Both the position numbers and the translations under genes were made by a program. The notes beneath the pieces are model-generated. The model saw nothing but the letters and a program-made list of their open reading frames with translations, did no database searches and was not told where the DNA came from. From positions 5,855 through 69,854 of the forward strand of contig QCHN01000007.1 of NCBI GenBank assembly GCA_003279565.1: 64,000 nucleotides of DNA, read 5' to 3'. Positions 9,854 through 23,179 of the stretch are shown one piece after another; positions within the stretch are counted from its first letter, which is position 1, and every line of letters begins with the position of its first letter. Source of the DNA: Prochlorococcus sp. AG-402-C09. Its GTDB lineage: Bacteria; Cyanobacteriota; Cyanobacteriia; PCC-6307; Cyanobiaceae.

Positions 9854-11758
9854 TTATTCCACAGTTACACTTTTTGCTAAATTCCTAGGCTGATCAACAT
9901 CTAAACCTTTATGAGCAGCTATATGATAACTAAATAGCTGTAAAGGTATCACAGTCAAAAGAGGACTAACCCATTCACTAACTTTAGGAATAGTAAATAA
10001 TTCATCAAACATTTCTGATCCCGGTCCATCCGTGGATACCCCAATTAAACGTGCATCTCTAGCCTTCGCCTCTTGAGAGTTACTAAGAACTTTTTCATAA
10101 ACCATACCTGGAGCAGCAATAGATACTACTGGAACGTTTTGATCTAAGAGTGCTATTGGTCCATGCTTTAACTCCCCAGCTGGATAGCCTTGAGCGTGAA
10201 TGTAACTTATTTCCTTTAGTTTCAGAGCGCCCTCAAGAGCAATTGGATAATTTATACCTCTACCTAAGAAAATTACATCTTTTGTTTCAACAAACAAATG
10301 TGCTATTTCCTGTGAAAGAGTGTCATGCTTTTTTATAAGATCTGTTAGCTGTTTAGGAATCAATCTCAACTCATTCAAGAGATCCAAAATTTCTTGAGAA
10401 GTTCTTTTTTGTCTATGAGAAGCAAATAAAAGTGTTAAGCCATAAAAGGACATCATTTGGCCCAAGAAAGTCTTAGTTGCTGCAACACCTATTTCAATAC
10501 CTGATCCAACATCAATAACATTTTTTAGTTCGCGACCAAATGAGCTATCAACTCTATTAGTAATTCCCAAGTGGTGAAAAGAAAAATTATCATCATCAGT
10601 AGAATCTCTTCTCACTTTTTCCATCCTCAGCGCAGCTAAGGTGTCAGCTGTTTCGCCCGACTGACTTACTCCTATTGTCAAAGTATTGGGAGAAAGCGGA
10701 GAAGGAGCATATCGAAATTCACTTGCGAAATATACCTTTGTTGGCACTCCTGCAAACTGTTCCAACAAATAAGCACCAACCATAGCTGCATGTCTGCTAG
10801 TACCACAGGCAAGAATTTGTATTTGTTCTATTTTTTCAAGAATCAAAGTAGAGATCGGGAAAGCCACTGAATCCTTCAACGGCAAATCCATAGGCAAAAA
10901 TCTATCTATCCATAATTGTGTTTTCTCTGGCTGTTCATAAATTTCTTTAAGCATGAAATGACGGAAATTTCTTTTATCCGCAGAAAGTTCGGCGCCGTTT
11001 AGCAGCGAAGGTGCTCTATGCTGCCTATTTCCATCATCATCATAAAGTTCAATTCCTAATGGAGTTAATAGTGCAATTTCATGATCCTTTAAAGGTAAAA
11101 ATGTACGCGTAAATCCCGCTAAAGCTGGGGTATCACTTGCACAAAAAAACTCACCTTCTCCAAAGCCTAGAACTAGTGGTGCTTGTCCGCTAGCAACTAC
11201 CAAAGCATTAGGAGCCTTTGACCAAATCACTGCTATGGCATAAGTTCCATCTAACAAAGTCAAAACTTTTTGAACAGCTTTTAATAATGTTTGTCCATTA
11301 GGGGAAAGCCCATTATCTAGAGACTGTTCTATTTCAAGCCCGATCAAATGTGGAATTATCTCAGTATCAGTTTCGGAGGTAAATTTAATTCCTTTAAGTT
11401 TAAGTCTTTTAGATAAATCCCTGTGATTTTCAATAATCCCATTCTGCACAACTGCAATTTGATCTGAGAAATCGATATGAGGATGAGCGTTTCTCTCGTT
11501 GGGTTTACCATGAGTAGCCCATCTCGTATGCCCAATACCTACATGACCTTTTGGAGGATTTTTTTTAATTAAATTCGAAAGGTTAATCAGCTTCCCTTTT
11601 GATTTTTTGATATTTAGCTTTCCAATTTGATCGCTATTTGAATGGTCAATTGTTGCCATCCCTGCAGAGTCATATCCTCGATATTCCAGTTTTCTCAACC
11701 CATCAATAAGTATAGAAGAAACTTCTCTTGATCCAATAACAGCAAAAATGCCACACAT
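9854..11758 (-). CDS. glmS: Glutamine-fructose-6-phosphate transaminase
   Basis: N-terminal MCGI, GHTRWATHG, C-terminal PRNLAKSVTVE. Confidence 0.98.
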   Translation of the reverse strand: MCGIFAVIGSREVSSILIDGLRKLEYRGYDSAGMATIDHSNSDQIGKLNIKKSKGKLINLSNLIKKNPPKGHVGIGHTRWATHGKPNERNAHPHIDFSDQIAVVQNGIIENHRDLSKRLKLKGIKFTSETDTEIIPHLIGLEIEQSLDNGLSPNGQTLLKAVQKVLTLLDGTYAIAVIWSKAPNALVVASGQAPLVLGFGEGEFFCASDTPALAGFTRTFLPLKDHEIALLTPLGIELYDDDGNRQHRAPSLLNGAELSADKRNFRHFMLKEIYEQPEKTQLWIDRFLPMDLPLKDSVAFPISTLILEKIEQIQILACGTSRHAAMVGAYLLEQFAGVPTKVYFASEFRYAPSPLSPNTLTIGVSQSGETADTLAALRMEKVRRDSTDDDNFSFHHLGITNRVDSSFGRELKNVIDVGSGIEIGVAATKTFLGQMMSFYGLTLLFASHRQKRTSQEILDLLNELRLIPKQLTDLIKKHDTLSQEIAHLFVETKDVIFLGRGINYPIALEGALKLKEISYIHAQGYPAGELKHGPIALLDQNVPVVSIAAPGMVYEKVLSNSQEAKARDARLIGVSTDGPGSEMFDELFTIPKVSEWVSPLLTVIPLQLFSYHIAAHKGLDVDQPRNLAKSVTVE

Positions 11759-11825
11759 ATAATTAAATTAAAATCACAAATTATTTATTTATAAAATAAA
11801 CCTTCGTCAAAACAAATACTAATTG

Positions 11826-12119
<294 letters not shown>

Positions 12120-12207
12120 CTACATAAAAAAAAATAGTTGCAATGCCGTCACTTTTGTTAACTCGACACTCTAACCCGTAAGATTGGAAGTCAGGTCTAA
12201 GAAGGTT

Positions 12208-12450
12208 ATGTCCCAGGAAGCAATCCTTGAAAAAGTTCGTTCTATCGTCGCAGAACAACTTAGCGTTGAAGCCGGTGAAGTGAAACCGGATTCAAATTTC
12301 CAAAACGATCTCGGTGCAGACTCGCTCGACACTGTCGAATTAGTTATGGCTCTCGAAGAAGCATTTGACATAGAGATCCCTGACGAGGCTGCAGAGGGCA
12401 TTGCCACTGTCGGGGATGCAGTCAAATACATCGAAGAAAAACAGTCTTGA
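12208..12450 (+). CDS. acpP: Acyl carrier protein
   Basis: [12 protein letters not shown] phosphopantetheine site; ATG at 12208 preferred over the longer ORF start. Confidence 0.97.
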   Translation: MSQEAILEKVRSIVAEQLSVEAGEVKPDSNFQNDLGADSLDTVELVMALEEAFDIEIPDEAAEGIATVGDAVKYIEEKQS

Positions 12451-12457
12451 GGTTTAA

Positions 12458-13705
12458 ATGATGGAGAAACTCCATCGAGTTGTTATCACAGGTCTTGGTG
12501 CCATTACTCCTATTGGCAATAACCTAGAAAGTTACCTCCAAGGCCTTCAATCTGGTCAAAACGGGGTAGATCAAATAACACTCTTTGATGCCTCAGCCCA
12601 TGCCTGCAGATTTGCAGCAGAGGTAAAAAGTTTTGACCCAACAGGCATATTAGAGCCAAAAGAATCCAAAAGATGGGATCGTTTCTCAAAATTTGGAGTC
12701 ATTGCAGCAAAAGAAGCACTGAATCATTCAGGTCTAATAATTGACGATTCAAATTCCGCAAGAATTGGAGTGATTATTGGATCTGGGGTGGGAGGATTGC
12801 TGACAATGGAAACTCAAGCACATGTTTTAAACAACAAAGGAGCTAATCGAGTAAGTCCATTTACCGTGCCCATGATGATTCCAAACATGGCTACTGGTCT
12901 GACTGCAATTGCACTTGGAGCTAAAGGTCCAAGTTCAGCAGTTTCAACTGCTTGTGCTGCAGGATCAAATGCTATTGGTGATGCATTCAGACTTCTCCAA
13001 TTAGGTAAGGCAGATGCAATGGTTTGTGGCGGAGCAGAAGCAAGTATCACTCCCCTAGGGGTAGCAGGTTTTGCGAGTGCCAAGGCCTTATCTTTTAGGA
13101 ATGACGATCCATCTACAGCTAGTAGGCCATTTGATTCTCAAAGAGATGGATTCGTAATTGGAGAAGGAGCAGGAGTATTAATTTTAGAAACTCTTGACCA
13201 TGCATTACAAAGAGACGCAACAATCCATGCAGAAATAATTGGGTATGGAACCACATGTGATGCTCATCACATCACATCTCCTACACCAGGAGGTGTAGGA
13301 GGTGCAGAAGCCATGAAACTTGCATTAAATGATGGAAAAATCAATCCTGAGCAGGTCGATTACATCAATGCTCATGGAACAAGTACTCCAGCAAATGACA
13401 GTAATGAAACTTCGGCAATTAAAACTGCATTAGGGAATCATGCGTTCCAAGTTCCCACAAGCTCTACTAAATCAATGACGGGGCATTTATTGGGAGGCTC
13501 AGGTGGAATAGAAGCTGTTGCTTGTGTTTTAGCAATAAAACATGAAATAATTCCGCCAACAATTAACTATTCCAATCCCGACCCAAATTGTGATCTTGAT
13601 TATGTTCCCAACAAAGCAAGAGAAAAGAAATTATGCGTCGTGCTATCTAACTCTTTCGGGTTTGGCGGTCACAATGTCTGTCTAGCTTTTCGACAAATGA
13701 TCTAA
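12458..13705 (+). CDS. fabF: 3-oxoacyl-ACP synthase II
   Basis: TACAAG catalytic Cys, NAHGTST, SNSFGFGGHN. Confidence 0.97.
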   Translation: MMEKLHRVVITGLGAITPIGNNLESYLQGLQSGQNGVDQITLFDASAHACRFAAEVKSFDPTGILEPKESKRWDRFSKFGVIAAKEALNHSGLIIDDSNSARIGVIIGSGVGGLLTMETQAHVLNNKGANRVSPFTVPMMIPNMATGLTAIALGAKGPSSAVSTACAAGSNAIGDAFRLLQLGKADAMVCGGAEASITPLGVAGFASAKALSFRNDDPSTASRPFDSQRDGFVIGEGAGVLILETLDHALQRDATIHAEIIGYGTTCDAHHITSPTPGGVGGAEAMKLALNDGKINPEQVDYINAHGTSTPANDSNETSAIKTALGNHAFQVPTSSTKSMTGHLLGGSGGIEAVACVLAIKHEIIPPTINYSNPDPNCDLDYVPNKAREKKLCVVLSNSFGFGGHNVCLAFRQMI

Positions 13706-13751
13706 TCAATTTTTCTTCACTGTTCACTTAAAATTTTTTCACTAAATACAA

Positions 13752-15764
13752 ATGGTTGCTCTGACTAATTCTCTAGACACGCTATGCATCAATAGCATCA
13801 GAATGCTCGCAGTTGACGCAGTTAATAAATCTAATAGCGGTCACCCAGGACTTCCAATGGGCTGTGCACCGATGGGTTACGCATTATGGGACAAACATCT
13901 TCGTCATAATCCAAAAAATCCGAAATGGTTTAACCGAGACAGATTCGTTCTTTCCGCGGGTCATGGTTGCATGTTGTTGTATGCACTTTTGCATTTAACT
14001 GGATACGACTCTGTAACGATGGAAGACATAAAACAATTTCGACAATGGGGTGCGAAAACTCCTGGTCATCCAGAAACCTTCGAGACACCAGGTGTAGAAG
14101 TAACTGCTGGACCATTGGGAGCTGGAATTTCAAATGCAGTGGGACTTGCAATAGCAGAAGCGCATTTATCAGCCAAATTTAATAAGCCTGATTCAACAGT
14201 TGTAGACCATTACACGTACGTAATTATGGGTGATGGATGTAATCAAGAAGGAATAGCCTCAGAAGCTTGTTCTCTTGCTGGTCATCTAAAGCTTGGAAAA
14301 TTAATCGCTCTATACGACGACAACAGCATCACAATTGATGGCAGAACAGATGTATCTTTTACGGAAGATGTATTAAAGAGATATGAAGCTTATGGTTGGC
14401 ATGTTCAAGAAATACCTGAAGGGAATACCGATGTAGAAGGCATCTCTAAAGCTATAGAAAAAGCTAAAGCAGTTAGCGATAAGCCCTCAATTATAAAAAT
14501 TACGACAACCATTGGATTTGGTTCTCCAAACAAGAGTGATACAGCTGGGATTCACGGAGCAGCGCTTGGAGAAGAAGAGGCCGAACTGACAAGGAAAGAA
14601 CTTAATTGGTCATATGAACCTTTTAATATTCCTCAAGATGTATATGACCAATATCGTCAAGCTATTGAAAGAGGATCACAACTTGAGGCCGACTGGGATA
14701 AAACCCTTGCTAATTACAGAGAAAAGTATCCAGCTGAAGCATCTGAATTTGAACGGATGCTTAGAGGTGAGCTACCTCAAGGATGGGACAAAGATTTGCC
14801 TACATACACAGCGGACGACAAGGGCCTTGCTACAAGAAAGCATTCTCAAATATGTTTAGGTGCTCTGGGACCAAATATTCCTGAATTAATAGGGGGCTCT
14901 GCGGATTTAACGCATTCAAATTACACAGATATCAAGGGTGAAACTGGATCTTTTCAATACGAAAGTCCTGAAAAACGTTATTTACATTTCGGCGTTAGAG
15001 AACATGCGATGGCGGCCATTTTGAATGGTATTGCATACCACGATAGTGGTCTAATCCCATATGGTGGAACCTTTTTAGTTTTCGCAGATTACATGAGAGG
15101 TTCAATGCGTCTCTCCGCACTAAGCGAGCTAGGTGTTATTTATGTTTTAACTCATGATTCCATAGGTGTTGGTGAGGATGGACCAACACATCAACCAATT
15201 GAAACCATTCCATCATTAAGAGCAATGCCAAATATGCTGGTTTTCCGTCCAGGAGATGGCAATGAAACCAGTGGAGCATATAAAGTTGCAATTAAAAATC
15301 GCAAAAGACCGAGTTCTTTATGCCTAAGTAGGCAGGGCATGGCCAATCAACAAAATTCATCAGTAGAAAAAGTTTCGTTAGGTGGATACGTACTTGAAGA
15401 TTGCGATGGCAACCCGGACGTCATACTTATAGGAACTGGAACTGAACTTGATTTATGCGTACAAGCAGCGAAAACACTAACTTCAGAAGGCAGAAAAGTT
15501 CGCGTTGTTTCTATGCCATGCGTAGAACTTTTTGAAGAACAAAGCGAAAGTTATAAAGAAGAAGTGCTACCTTCCAATATAAGAAAACGCCTAGTGGTTG
15601 AAGCTGCAGAGAGCTTCGGATGGCATAAATATATTGGTCTTGATGGAGACAGCGTTACTATGAATAGCTTTGGAGCCTCTGCTCCAGGTGGATTATGTAT
15701 GGAAAAATTTGGATTTACAGTTGAGAACGTAGTAGAGAAATCTAGAAATCTTCTGAAGAAATAA
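13752..15764 (+). CDS. tktA: Transketolase
   Basis: SGHPG, TPP-binding GDGC...[12 protein letters not shown]. Confidence 0.97.
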   Translation: MVALTNSLDTLCINSIRMLAVDAVNKSNSGHPGLPMGCAPMGYALWDKHLRHNPKNPKWFNRDRFVLSAGHGCMLLYALLHLTGYDSVTMEDIKQFRQWGAKTPGHPETFETPGVEVTAGPLGAGISNAVGLAIAEAHLSAKFNKPDSTVVDHYTYVIMGDGCNQEGIASEACSLAGHLKLGKLIALYDDNSITIDGRTDVSFTEDVLKRYEAYGWHVQEIPEGNTDVEGISKAIEKAKAVSDKPSIIKITTTIGFGSPNKSDTAGIHGAALGEEEAELTRKELNWSYEPFNIPQDVYDQYRQAIERGSQLEADWDKTLANYREKYPAEASEFERMLRGELPQGWDKDLPTYTADDKGLATRKHSQICLGALGPNIPELIGGSADLTHSNYTDIKGETGSFQYESPEKRYLHFGVREHAMAAILNGIAYHDSGLIPYGGTFLVFADYMRGSMRLSALSELGVIYVLTHDSIGVGEDGPTHQPIETIPSLRAMPNMLVFRPGDGNETSGAYKVAIKNRKRPSSLCLSRQGMANQQNSSVEKVSLGGYVLEDCDGNPDVILIGTGTELDLCVQAAKTLTSEGRKVRVVSMPCVELFEEQSESYKEEVLPSNIRKRLVVEAAESFGWHKYIGLDGDSVTMNSFGASAPGGLCMEKFGFTVENVVEKSRNLLKK

Positions 15765-15813
15765 AATCAATTATTTTAATAGTTCATACGATTAAAAAAA
15801 GTTAAACAAAGAA

Positions 15814-17214
15814 CTAATTTTCTTTGTTTAACTTTAAGGGAGCTAGTTCAGCTGCACCTTTTAACTTTATTTGATTATCTAATTTGTCAAGATCTTCATC
15901 TGTAATTTTTGTATTCATTGGACAATGGTTAGGACCACACATTGAACAGAACTCTGCTTTTTTGAAAATTTCTTCAGGCAAAGTTTCGTCGTGATATTGC
16001 TTCGCTCTTTCTGGATCCAAGGACAATTCAAACTGTTTGTTCCAGTCAAATTCTTTCCGAGCCTTACTTAATTCATCATCACGATCACGTGCTCCTGATC
16101 TATGTCTAGCGACATCTGCAGCATGAGCAGCAATCTTATAAGCAATCAATCCCTCCCTGACATCCTCAGGGTTTGGTAACCCAAGATGTTCCTTAGGTGT
16201 TACGTAACAAAGCATCGCGGTCCCGTACCAACCCGCCATAGCTGCACCAATAGCACTTGAAATGTGGTCATAACCAGGAGATATATCTGTTACCAATGGA
16301 CCTAGAACATAGAAAGGAGCTTCTGAGCACTCCTCCATTTGCTTCCTAACATTGAATTCAATTTGATCCATAGGAACATGACCCGGTCCTTCGACCATGA
16401 CTTGGACATCATGCTTCCACGCACGTCTAGTCAATTCACCAAGGGTTTTCAACTCAGCCAGTTGAGCTTCATCGGATGCATCATGCAGACATCCAGGCCT
16501 TAATGAATCTCCTAAAGAAAAAGTGCAATCATAACGTTTAAATATTTCGCAAATATCATCAAAACGAGTAAACAAAGGATTTTGCTTGTAGTGATAAAGC
16601 ATCCATTGAGCAAGAATTCCTCCACCACGACTAACTATTCCAGTAATACGACCTTTAACCTTGGGTAAATGTTCAATCAATAAGCCTGCATGAATTGTTT
16701 GGTAATCAACTCCTTGCTGACAATGCTTTTCAATAATGTGTAGAAAATCATCCTCAGTTAACCTTGAAATAGATCCGTGAACACTTTCTAACGCTTGATA
16801 AACAGGAACTGTCCCAATCGGGATAGGGGAGGCATTAATAATTGCTGTTCGAACCTCATCTAAATTTACGCCTCCAGTAGAGAGATCCATAAGAGTATCT
16901 GCGCCATATTTTACTGCCAGTTCAAGCTTCTTTAATTCTTCCCTAATATCGCTTGCATTAGGCGAAGCACCAATATTTGCATTGACTTTACATGAGGAGG
17001 CAATACCTATTGCCATTGGCTCTAAGTTCGTATGGTTAATATTCGCTGGGATAACCATCCTACCTCGTGCAACCTCCTCCATAACCAAAGTCTCAGGAAG
17101 ATTCTCTCGCTTTGCGATGAAAACCATTTCTTCAGTAATTTCACCTTTACGAGCAAAATGCATCTGAGAAACATTGTTTTTACCCTTTCTGGAAGCAACC
17201 CATGAATTCCGCAT
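15814..17214 (-). CDS. thiC: Phosphomethylpyrimidine synthase
   Basis: [31 protein letters not shown] Fe-S motif. Confidence 0.98.
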   Translation of the reverse strand: MRNSWVASRKGKNNVSQMHFARKGEITEEMVFIAKRENLPETLVMEEVARGRMVIPANINHTNLEPMAIGIASSCKVNANIGASPNASDIREELKKLELAVKYGADTLMDLSTGGVNLDEVRTAIINASPIPIGTVPVYQALESVHGSISRLTEDDFLHIIEKHCQQGVDYQTIHAGLLIEHLPKVKGRITGIVSRGGGILAQWMLYHYKQNPLFTRFDDICEIFKRYDCTFSLGDSLRPGCLHDASDEAQLAELKTLGELTRRAWKHDVQVMVEGPGHVPMDQIEFNVRKQMEECSEAPFYVLGPLVTDISPGYDHISSAIGAAMAGWYGTAMLCYVTPKEHLGLPNPEDVREGLIAYKIAAHAADVARHRSGARDRDDELSKARKEFDWNKQFELSLDPERAKQYHDETLPEEIFKKAEFCSMCGPNHCPMNTKITDEDLDKLDNQIKLKGAAELAPLKLNKEN

Positions 17215-17269
17215 GAACTAAAAAGCTATTGAATAAGAAAGGGAGCATTATGCAAAGATCACAAGATTT

Positions 17270-17353
17270 CACTTTCCTTACGCTGGTTCAAACCAGATCA
17301 GGTTCAGAGGGTGTGATCTCAGCCATTCGCGAAGCGATATGGCACCCCTAGTG
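17270..17353 (-). promoter_or_regulatory. TPP riboswitch upstream of thiC
   Basis: Reverse complement CACTAGGGGTGCC...GGCTGAGATCACACCCTCTGAACCTGATCTGGTTTGAACCAGCGTAAGGAAAGTG contains the CTGAGA and GAACCTGAT..GCGTA(A)GGAA thi-box motifs. Confidence 0.95.
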
Positions 17354-17420
17354 ATAAATACAAATTAGCTCGAAATCCCCAACTAAACCCTAAAGTTTTT
17401 ATAGATAAAAAGTTAACGAG

Positions 17421-17642
17421 TTAAAATTTATGATCATTCATATCCTCTTTCATCTCTAGAAACAACATTCGTCGTCGTCTAAATCTTCTAACCGCCCCAG
17501 TCAGAACCAATCCACTTCCAACTACTAGAGCAGGTATCGCTTGGATTTTATTTTTTCCTTCTCTATGTAATAAGCCAGTAATTGCCAATAAAATGAGCAA
17601 AGGCGCTGAAATTGAAATTAATGGATTACCCAATCTCTTCAT
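17421..17642 (-). CDS. Small membrane protein (DUF3188-like)
   Basis: 73 aa, two hydrophobic stretches, QAIPALVVGSGL, basic RRFRRRR tail. Confidence 0.7.
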   Translation of the reverse strand: MKRLGNPLISISAPLLILLAITGLLHREGKNKIQAIPALVVGSGLVLTGAVRRFRRRRMLFLEMKEDMNDHKF

Positions 17643-17653
17643 AAAATAAGCAA

Positions 17654-18838
17654 TTAAATATCTTGAGGAGTTTTAGTAGTCGTTATTAATACTTGAGACA
17701 ATATTTTTATACCTATTTCCAGGCTTCTTTCATCCAAAGAGAAATATCCACTATGCAATGGAGCACAACCTTGAGCTCCAGCGACACCTAATCGAAACAT
17801 CGTCCCAGGAACATCTTGCAAAAAGAAAGCAAAATCTTCAGCACCTAATGATGGTTTTTCTAAATAAACAATATTTTCTTTATTCATAAAATTCTTCGCA
17901 CAATTGGATAACAAATCAGTCAAATCTGGATCGTTATAGACTGGAGGCGCTATTGACTTGAAGTTAATATTAGCCTTAGCTCCGTAATTAGAAGCTATAT
18001 TTTGTACTATTTTTTCAATCCATTGAGGCAATTTTTGATAAAGGTTGCTATCCAGACACCTTACTGTACCAAGAAGCTTGACCCTCTCTGCGATTACATT
18101 AAAAGCATTTCCTCCTGAAATCTTCCCAAAACTAATCACTACTGGCGAAAGAGCATCTAAACGTCTACTAATAGCCTCTTGCAGTTCACCAATGACTTTT
18201 GCAGCGATCCAAATGGAGTCTATGCCTTCGTGGGGTCTAGCTCCATGCCCTCCATGACCAATAATATCTATTTCCAATTCAGCAGCGGCAGCTGTAAAAG
18301 TACCACTTCTTATTCCAATTTTTCCAACTGATAAATCGGGATAAACATGTACTCCATAGAGAGCTTGAACTCCCTCAAGAACATTCTCAGCTCTCATCCA
18401 ATTTGCACCTTGTGCAATTTCTTCAGCAGGTTGAAAAATGATTCGGATTCGAGAATTTGTAAATTTAATGTTTGCTAATACTTTTGCCACTCCCAAACCG
18501 ATACAAGTATGCAGATCATGCCCACATGCATGCATCAAGCCTTGGATTGAAGAAGAGTAATCCAAACCTGTTCTCTCCTCGATTGGCAGAGCGTCCATAT
18601 CAACGCGTAAGCCAATAACAGGTCCGCTTTTATCACCCATTTCAGCAACTACGCCAGTTTTACCAACTGCTTCTTTTACTTCCCAACCTGATTTCCTCAA
18701 TTCCCCAGCTACAAAAGCAGCAGTTTGATATTCCTGACCACTGAGTTCTGGATGAGCATGGAAGTGACGACGTAATAGAAGCAAGTCAGGAAGTATCTCC
18801 TCAGACAAAGCTTCAATTTTTTTCACTAAGTCTTTCAT
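17654..18838 (-). CDS. M20 family amidohydrolase
   Basis: RRHFHAHPELS, DMDALP, MHACGHD, QPAEE, GAEDF. Confidence 0.93.
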   Translation of the reverse strand: MKDLVKKIEALSEEILPDLLLLRRHFHAHPELSGQEYQTAAFVAGELRKSGWEVKEAVGKTGVVAEMGDKSGPVIGLRVDMDALPIEERTGLDYSSSIQGLMHACGHDLHTCIGLGVAKVLANIKFTNSRIRIIFQPAEEIAQGANWMRAENVLEGVQALYGVHVYPDLSVGKIGIRSGTFTAAAAELEIDIIGHGGHGARPHEGIDSIWIAAKVIGELQEAISRRLDALSPVVISFGKISGGNAFNVIAERVKLLGTVRCLDSNLYQKLPQWIEKIVQNIASNYGAKANINFKSIAPPVYNDPDLTDLLSNCAKNFMNKENIVYLEKPSLGAEDFAFFLQDVPGTMFRLGVAGAQGCAPLHSGYFSLDERSLEIGIKILSQVLITTTKTPQDI

Positions 18839-19617
18839 CTATCCTCCAACGCAAGAAATGCAATCAAATCATTAGTAGGTTTTGGAGGCCAACGGCGGAT
18901 ATTCAACAACCAATCTCTCTCACGGTATCTAATATCTAGTCCAGCAGCTGCAGCCCAATTACTTTCAGCTTCACCTGTGAAGCCTTTACACCATAGAAGC
19001 GCACTTAGTGCTGCTCTAGCATCTGCGAATAAGGGATATTTACGAATTAAAATTCTAATTTTTTTTTCAGCGAGTTCAAGATCACCCAATTGGTAAATTG
19101 CAAGGGCCTCACTCGATCTAGCCATAGCTATAGAATTATTAGAAGACGCAGCTTGAGAAAATAATCTCTTCGCTTCAATCCAATTATCCATAGAACCCAT
19201 AACATTACCTAAGTTATATAGAGCTGAAACATCTTTAGGATTCTTCTTTAAAACGTATTTATAATCATTACTCGCATCTTCCCAAAGCTGCAAAGCTTCT
19301 TCAGCAATTCCTCTATTCAAGTAAGGGTCTAAATCTTCAGGAGAAATTTGTATCGCCATAGTTTGATCTTCCATAGCGCCTTGAGGATCACCTAGAGCAA
19401 GACGAATATTCCCTCTATTACTTAATGCAGCAACATCCTCTGGGTTGTCATTTAAGTAAAAACTCCAATCTTTTTCAGCTTGAACAAAATCCCCATCCTT
19501 ACTTTCTTGAAGAGCTTTATCGAATAAAGACTTAGGAAGCACCTTTGCTTGAGTAGAGAATGGTATAAAAAAAATAGAAAGCAGAAGTAAAGCTTTTACA
19601 ACTCTTATATTGATCAT
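18835..19617 (-). CDS. TPR repeat protein with signal peptide
   Basis: N-terminal signal-like segment; TPR units ALSNRGN, YLNRG, ALYNLGN. Confidence 0.85.
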   Translation of the reverse strand: MINIRVVKALLLLSIFFIPFSTQAKVLPKSLFDKALQESKDGDFVQAEKDWSFYLNDNPEDVAALSNRGNIRLALGDPQGAMEDQTMAIQISPEDLDPYLNRGIAEEALQLWEDASNDYKYVLKKNPKDVSALYNLGNVMGSMDNWIEAKRLFSQAASSNNSIAMARSSEALAIYQLGDLELAEKKIRILIRKYPLFADARAALSALLWCKGFTGEAESNWAAAAGLDIRYRERDWLLNIRRWPPKPTNDLIAFLALEDR

Positions 19618-20684
19618 TTATCTATTTTATTTGACGAAGATAGCAGATAATGTTTTTCTGCTGCTGGAGTAACAACCCTTCCCCTAGCTGTTCTTTGTAA
19701 AAAACCAATTTGCATTAAATAAGGCTCAACTACAGTTTCAAGAGTGGTTGAATCTTCTCCCAACGCAGCAGCCAAAGTTTCAAGTCCTACAGGTCCGCCT
19801 TGATATTGATTAACTAACAAGCCTAAATAACTTCTATCTGTTGCATCTAATCCTCTTTGATCCACACGATGTAGATCAAGTGCATCATTAACAAGTTGCA
19901 CATCAATGATTTTTGAAGAGGAATGAACTTCTGCATAGTCTCTAACTCTTCGTATGAGCCTATTTGCAATTCTGGGAGTACCTCGACTTCTTCTGGCTAA
20001 TTGATGAGATGCATCTTCTGAAATTGATAAATTAATCAGGTTTGCAGATCTTTTAATTATGTTTTCAAGATCCAAATAATTGTAAAAATCTAGTCGCTGA
20101 GTTATACCAAAACGATCTCGCATAGGGGAGCTCAAAGCGGCGGGCTTTGTAGTAGCACCAACCAAGGTGAAAGGGGGAATTTCGAGTGATCGCATTCTTG
20201 AGGAAGTGCCTTTACCTACAGTTAAATCCAACCTTCTATCTTCCATCGCTGGATACAAAAGTTCCTGCGATATACGATTAAGTCTGTGAATTTCATCAAC
20301 AAAAATTAATTCACGAGGCTGCATATTTATCAATAATCCAACAATGTCCCTTGGACGTTCAAGTGCTGGAGCGCTTGTAACTCTAGCTTTAACTCCTAAT
20401 TCCTCAGCAATAACCAAAGCCATAGTTGTTTTTCCCAATCCAGGAGGTCCATAAAGCATTAAATGATCAAGTGCTTCTCCTCTCGTCAAAGAGGCTTTAA
20501 CAGAAATTTCAAGAACTTTCTTTAATTCAGATTGACCTATAAATTCATCAAAAGATTTAGGCCTAAGTGAATCTTGCTTAGATAATTTAAGCTCCTCTTT
20601 TAAAAGAGTAGAACCAACCAATCTTTCCTCTCCTTTATCATTAGGAAGAGGGGAATGATCAGTAATTGAAGACACAATTGCCAT
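19614..20684 (-). CDS. ruvB: Holliday junction helicase RuvB
   Basis: [37 protein letters not shown]. Confidence 0.98.
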   Translation of the reverse strand: MAIVSSITDHSPLPNDKGEERLVGSTLLKEELKLSKQDSLRPKSFDEFIGQSELKKVLEISVKASLTRGEALDHLMLYGPPGLGKTTMALVIAEELGVKARVTSAPALERPRDIVGLLINMQPRELIFVDEIHRLNRISQELLYPAMEDRRLDLTVGKGTSSRMRSLEIPPFTLVGATTKPAALSSPMRDRFGITQRLDFYNYLDLENIIKRSANLINLSISEDASHQLARRSRGTPRIANRLIRRVRDYAEVHSSSKIIDVQLVNDALDLHRVDQRGLDATDRSYLGLLVNQYQGGPVGLETLAAALGEDSTTLETVVEPYLMQIGFLQRTARGRVVTPAAEKHYLLSSSNKIDK

Positions 20685-20731
20685 GACCGAAGGGTAGTGG
20701 CATTACAACAAAAATGTAGGTAAATAGAAGA

Positions 20732-21229
20732 ATGAGCAAAAAGGGAAAGAAAAAATCAAAAAAAAATTCCTCAGTTGATGGAAATCGTCGTTTAGCTGAA
20801 AATCGACAAGCAAGGTACGAATATGAAATCCTAGAAACCCTTGAAACTGGCTTAGAGCTTCTTGGAACCGAAGTTAAATCTATTAGAGCTGGAAAAGTAA
20901 ACTTAAAAGATGGATTTTGTTTAATTAAAAAAGATCAAATTCAACTACATAATGTTCACATATCACCTCACAATCATGCCGGTAAATTTTTCAATCACGA
21001 ACCTCTAAGAATCAAAAAACTTCTTGCGCATCGAAAAGAAATCGAAAAATTAAAAATAGGTTTAGAGAGAAAAGGTTTAGCATTAATACCTTTAAGTCTT
21101 TACCTCAAAGGCTCATGGATTAAATTAAAAATAGGACTCGGGAAAGGACGAAAGCTTCATGACAAAAGGGATAGAGACAAAGTTAATGACTTAAAGAAAG
21201 ATTTAGCTAATGCAATAAAACGTTTTTAA
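20732..21229 (+). CDS. smpB: SsrA-binding protein
   Basis: [26 protein letters not shown]. Confidence 0.97.
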   Translation: MSKKGKKKSKKNSSVDGNRRLAENRQARYEYEILETLETGLELLGTEVKSIRAGKVNLKDGFCLIKKDQIQLHNVHISPHNHAGKFFNHEPLRIKKLLAHRKEIEKLKIGLERKGLALIPLSLYLKGSWIKLKIGLGKGRKLHDKRDRDKVNDLKKDLANAIKRF

Positions 21230-21290
21230 AAAGAAAAAATATATTAATATCTTCTAAAAATTCTTCTCAAGAAAACTAATACTTTAATGA

Positions 21291-21548
21291 TTAATTATCA
21301 GTGACATCTAAACTAACAGTTTCGGGTGGAGGCGTTGGATCAGGGTCAGCAATGAGCATATGTTGCAAAACAATTTCAGGACGCTCGCTATCTCTCCATC
21401 TAATACGATAAGCAGGCATTTTCGTCCCCCTGCTTGTCGTTTGCTCAACAGGTTCCATGACCCAACCGCGTCTTGAACGCCCTTGGGGATTCCGTTTCAC
21501 AACAGCATCTGCGTGCTTAAAACGAAAACCAACTCTCTCGCCACTCAT
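21291..21548 (-). CDS. Conserved hypothetical protein
   Basis: MSGERVGFRFKHADAVVKRNPQGRSRRGWV...; ATG at 21548 is the likely start, just downstream of lysS. Confidence 0.75.
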   Translation of the reverse strand: MSGERVGFRFKHADAVVKRNPQGRSRRGWVMEPVEQTTSRGTKMPAYRIRWRDSERPEIVLQHMLIADPDPTPPPETVSLDVTDN

Positions 21549-21590
21549 TCTGAACAAAATACTTACTCGCCTATTATCCACTCTGATGGG

Positions 21591-23102
21591 TCACTTTCCA
21601 GTTTGTTTTAAATTTGATTCAGGTCGCAAAAGTGGAAAAGCTATGACATCTCTTATTGAAGGACTGTCAGTTAATAGCATTACAAACCTATCTATTCCTA
21701 TTCCTAGCCCTCCTGTTGGAGGCATTCCAACTTCAAGAGCATTAATAAAATCTTCGTCCAAGCTATGCGCCTCAAGGTCACCTGCTTCTTTTTTTGCCTG
21801 CTGTAAAAGTAAACGTTCTTTTTGATCAATAGGATCAATTAGCTCACTAAACGCATTAGCAGTTTCTCTACCAACTATAAAAAGTTCAAACCTTTCAACT
21901 AAACCTTTCTTAGTTCTATGTTTTCTCGCTAATGGAGAAATCTCAATTGGATAATCAATAACAAATGTGGGTTGAATAAGCTTAGGCTCTACTACTTGCT
22001 CGAAAGCTTCATTCAACAGTCTCCCAACAGTATCAGCCTTATCAGGGGCTTGTAGGCCCTCTCGAATCATTGCAGCTCTGACATCGTCAACATTATCCCC
22101 AAACAATTCAAAATCTATTCCAGTGAATTCCTGAACTAATTCATGCATCGTTGCCCTTCTCCAAGGGGGTTTCAGATTTATTTCTTGCTCTTGATAATTA
22201 ATTTTGGTCGATCCACAAATCTTTTCGCAAACTGAAGAAAGTAATTTTTCTGTTAATTCCATCATGTCGAAATAGTCTGAAAAAGCTTCATAAATTTCAA
22301 CAGAAGTAAATTCAGGATTATGCCGAGTGCTAATCCCTTCATTTCTAAAAATCCTTCCAAGTTCATAAACCCTTTGAAAACCGCCCACCACAAGTCTTTT
22401 AAGATGTAATTCTGTTGCAATTCTCAAAAACAAAGGTAAATCCAATGTGTTGTGGTGAGTTATGAATGGCCTTGCATCCGCCCCACCAGCTTCTGATTGT
22501 AAAACTGGGGTCTCAATTTCAAGAAAGTCTTTTTCATCTAACCATCGTCGAATTGAACTAACTAGCAAAGCTCTAGTTCGAAAAGTTTTTTTTGATTGCG
22601 GATTAACAATTAAATCTAGATATCTTTGTCTATAACGCTTTTCTACATCCGCAAGTCCATGCCATTTATCTGGTAAAGGCTGTAAAGATTTTGACAGCAT
22701 TGACCACTCGAAAACCTTGATAGAAAGCTCTCCTCTATCAGTTCTCCTTAATATTCCACATACACCTATCCAATCACCAGAGTCAACAAGAGAGGTAATG
22801 TTCTCAAAATTATTCTTTGAATTTTCATTTTGATTTAATGTCGCCTTTTCTAAAAACAGTTGAATTGTGCCTGTTTCATCGGCCAGAGTAAAAAAAGCAA
22901 GTTTGCCCATCACTCTTCGAGAAGTTACACGCCCTGCAATTGACACTTCTTCTGCTTTTTCTGCGCCATTTGGCAAGTCTGCATATTTTTTCTGTAAAAC
23001 AGATGAAGAGGCAGTAGGTCTAAAATTTAAACCATACGGACCTTGTCCCAGACTCTTTAGTGATTTTGCCTTCTCAAGGCGGGTATCTCTTAATTCAGAC
23101 AA
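21591..23102 (-). CDS. lysS: Lysine-tRNA ligase
   Basis: [36 protein letters not shown]; TTG start. Confidence 0.98.
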   Translation of the reverse strand: MSELRDTRLEKAKSLKSLGQGPYGLNFRPTASSSVLQKKYADLPNGAEKAEEVSIAGRVTSRRVMGKLAFFTLADETGTIQLFLEKATLNQNENSKNNFENITSLVDSGDWIGVCGILRRTDRGELSIKVFEWSMLSKSLQPLPDKWHGLADVEKRYRQRYLDLIVNPQSKKTFRTRALLVSSIRRWLDEKDFLEIETPVLQSEAGGADARPFITHHNTLDLPLFLRIATELHLKRLVVGGFQRVYELGRIFRNEGISTRHNPEFTSVEIYEAFSDYFDMMELTEKLLSSVCEKICGSTKINYQEQEINLKPPWRRATMHELVQEFTGIDFELFGDNVDDVRAAMIREGLQAPDKADTVGRLLNEAFEQVVEPKLIQPTFVIDYPIEISPLARKHRTKKGLVERFELFIVGRETANAFSELIDPIDQKERLLLQQAKKEAGDLEAHSLDEDFINALEVGMPPTGGLGIGIDRFVMLLTDSPSIRDVIAFPLLRPESNLKQTGK

Positions 23103-23179
23103 GGCAATTCATAGATACGGCAGAAAAAAACGGGTCAAATGCAAAAACTATCAATCTATCAATATTGAGCTATGAATCT

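Noticed and set aside
11759-11825. glmS ribozyme
   Set aside because: The spacer is only 67 bp, very AT-rich and has no ribozyme core motif.
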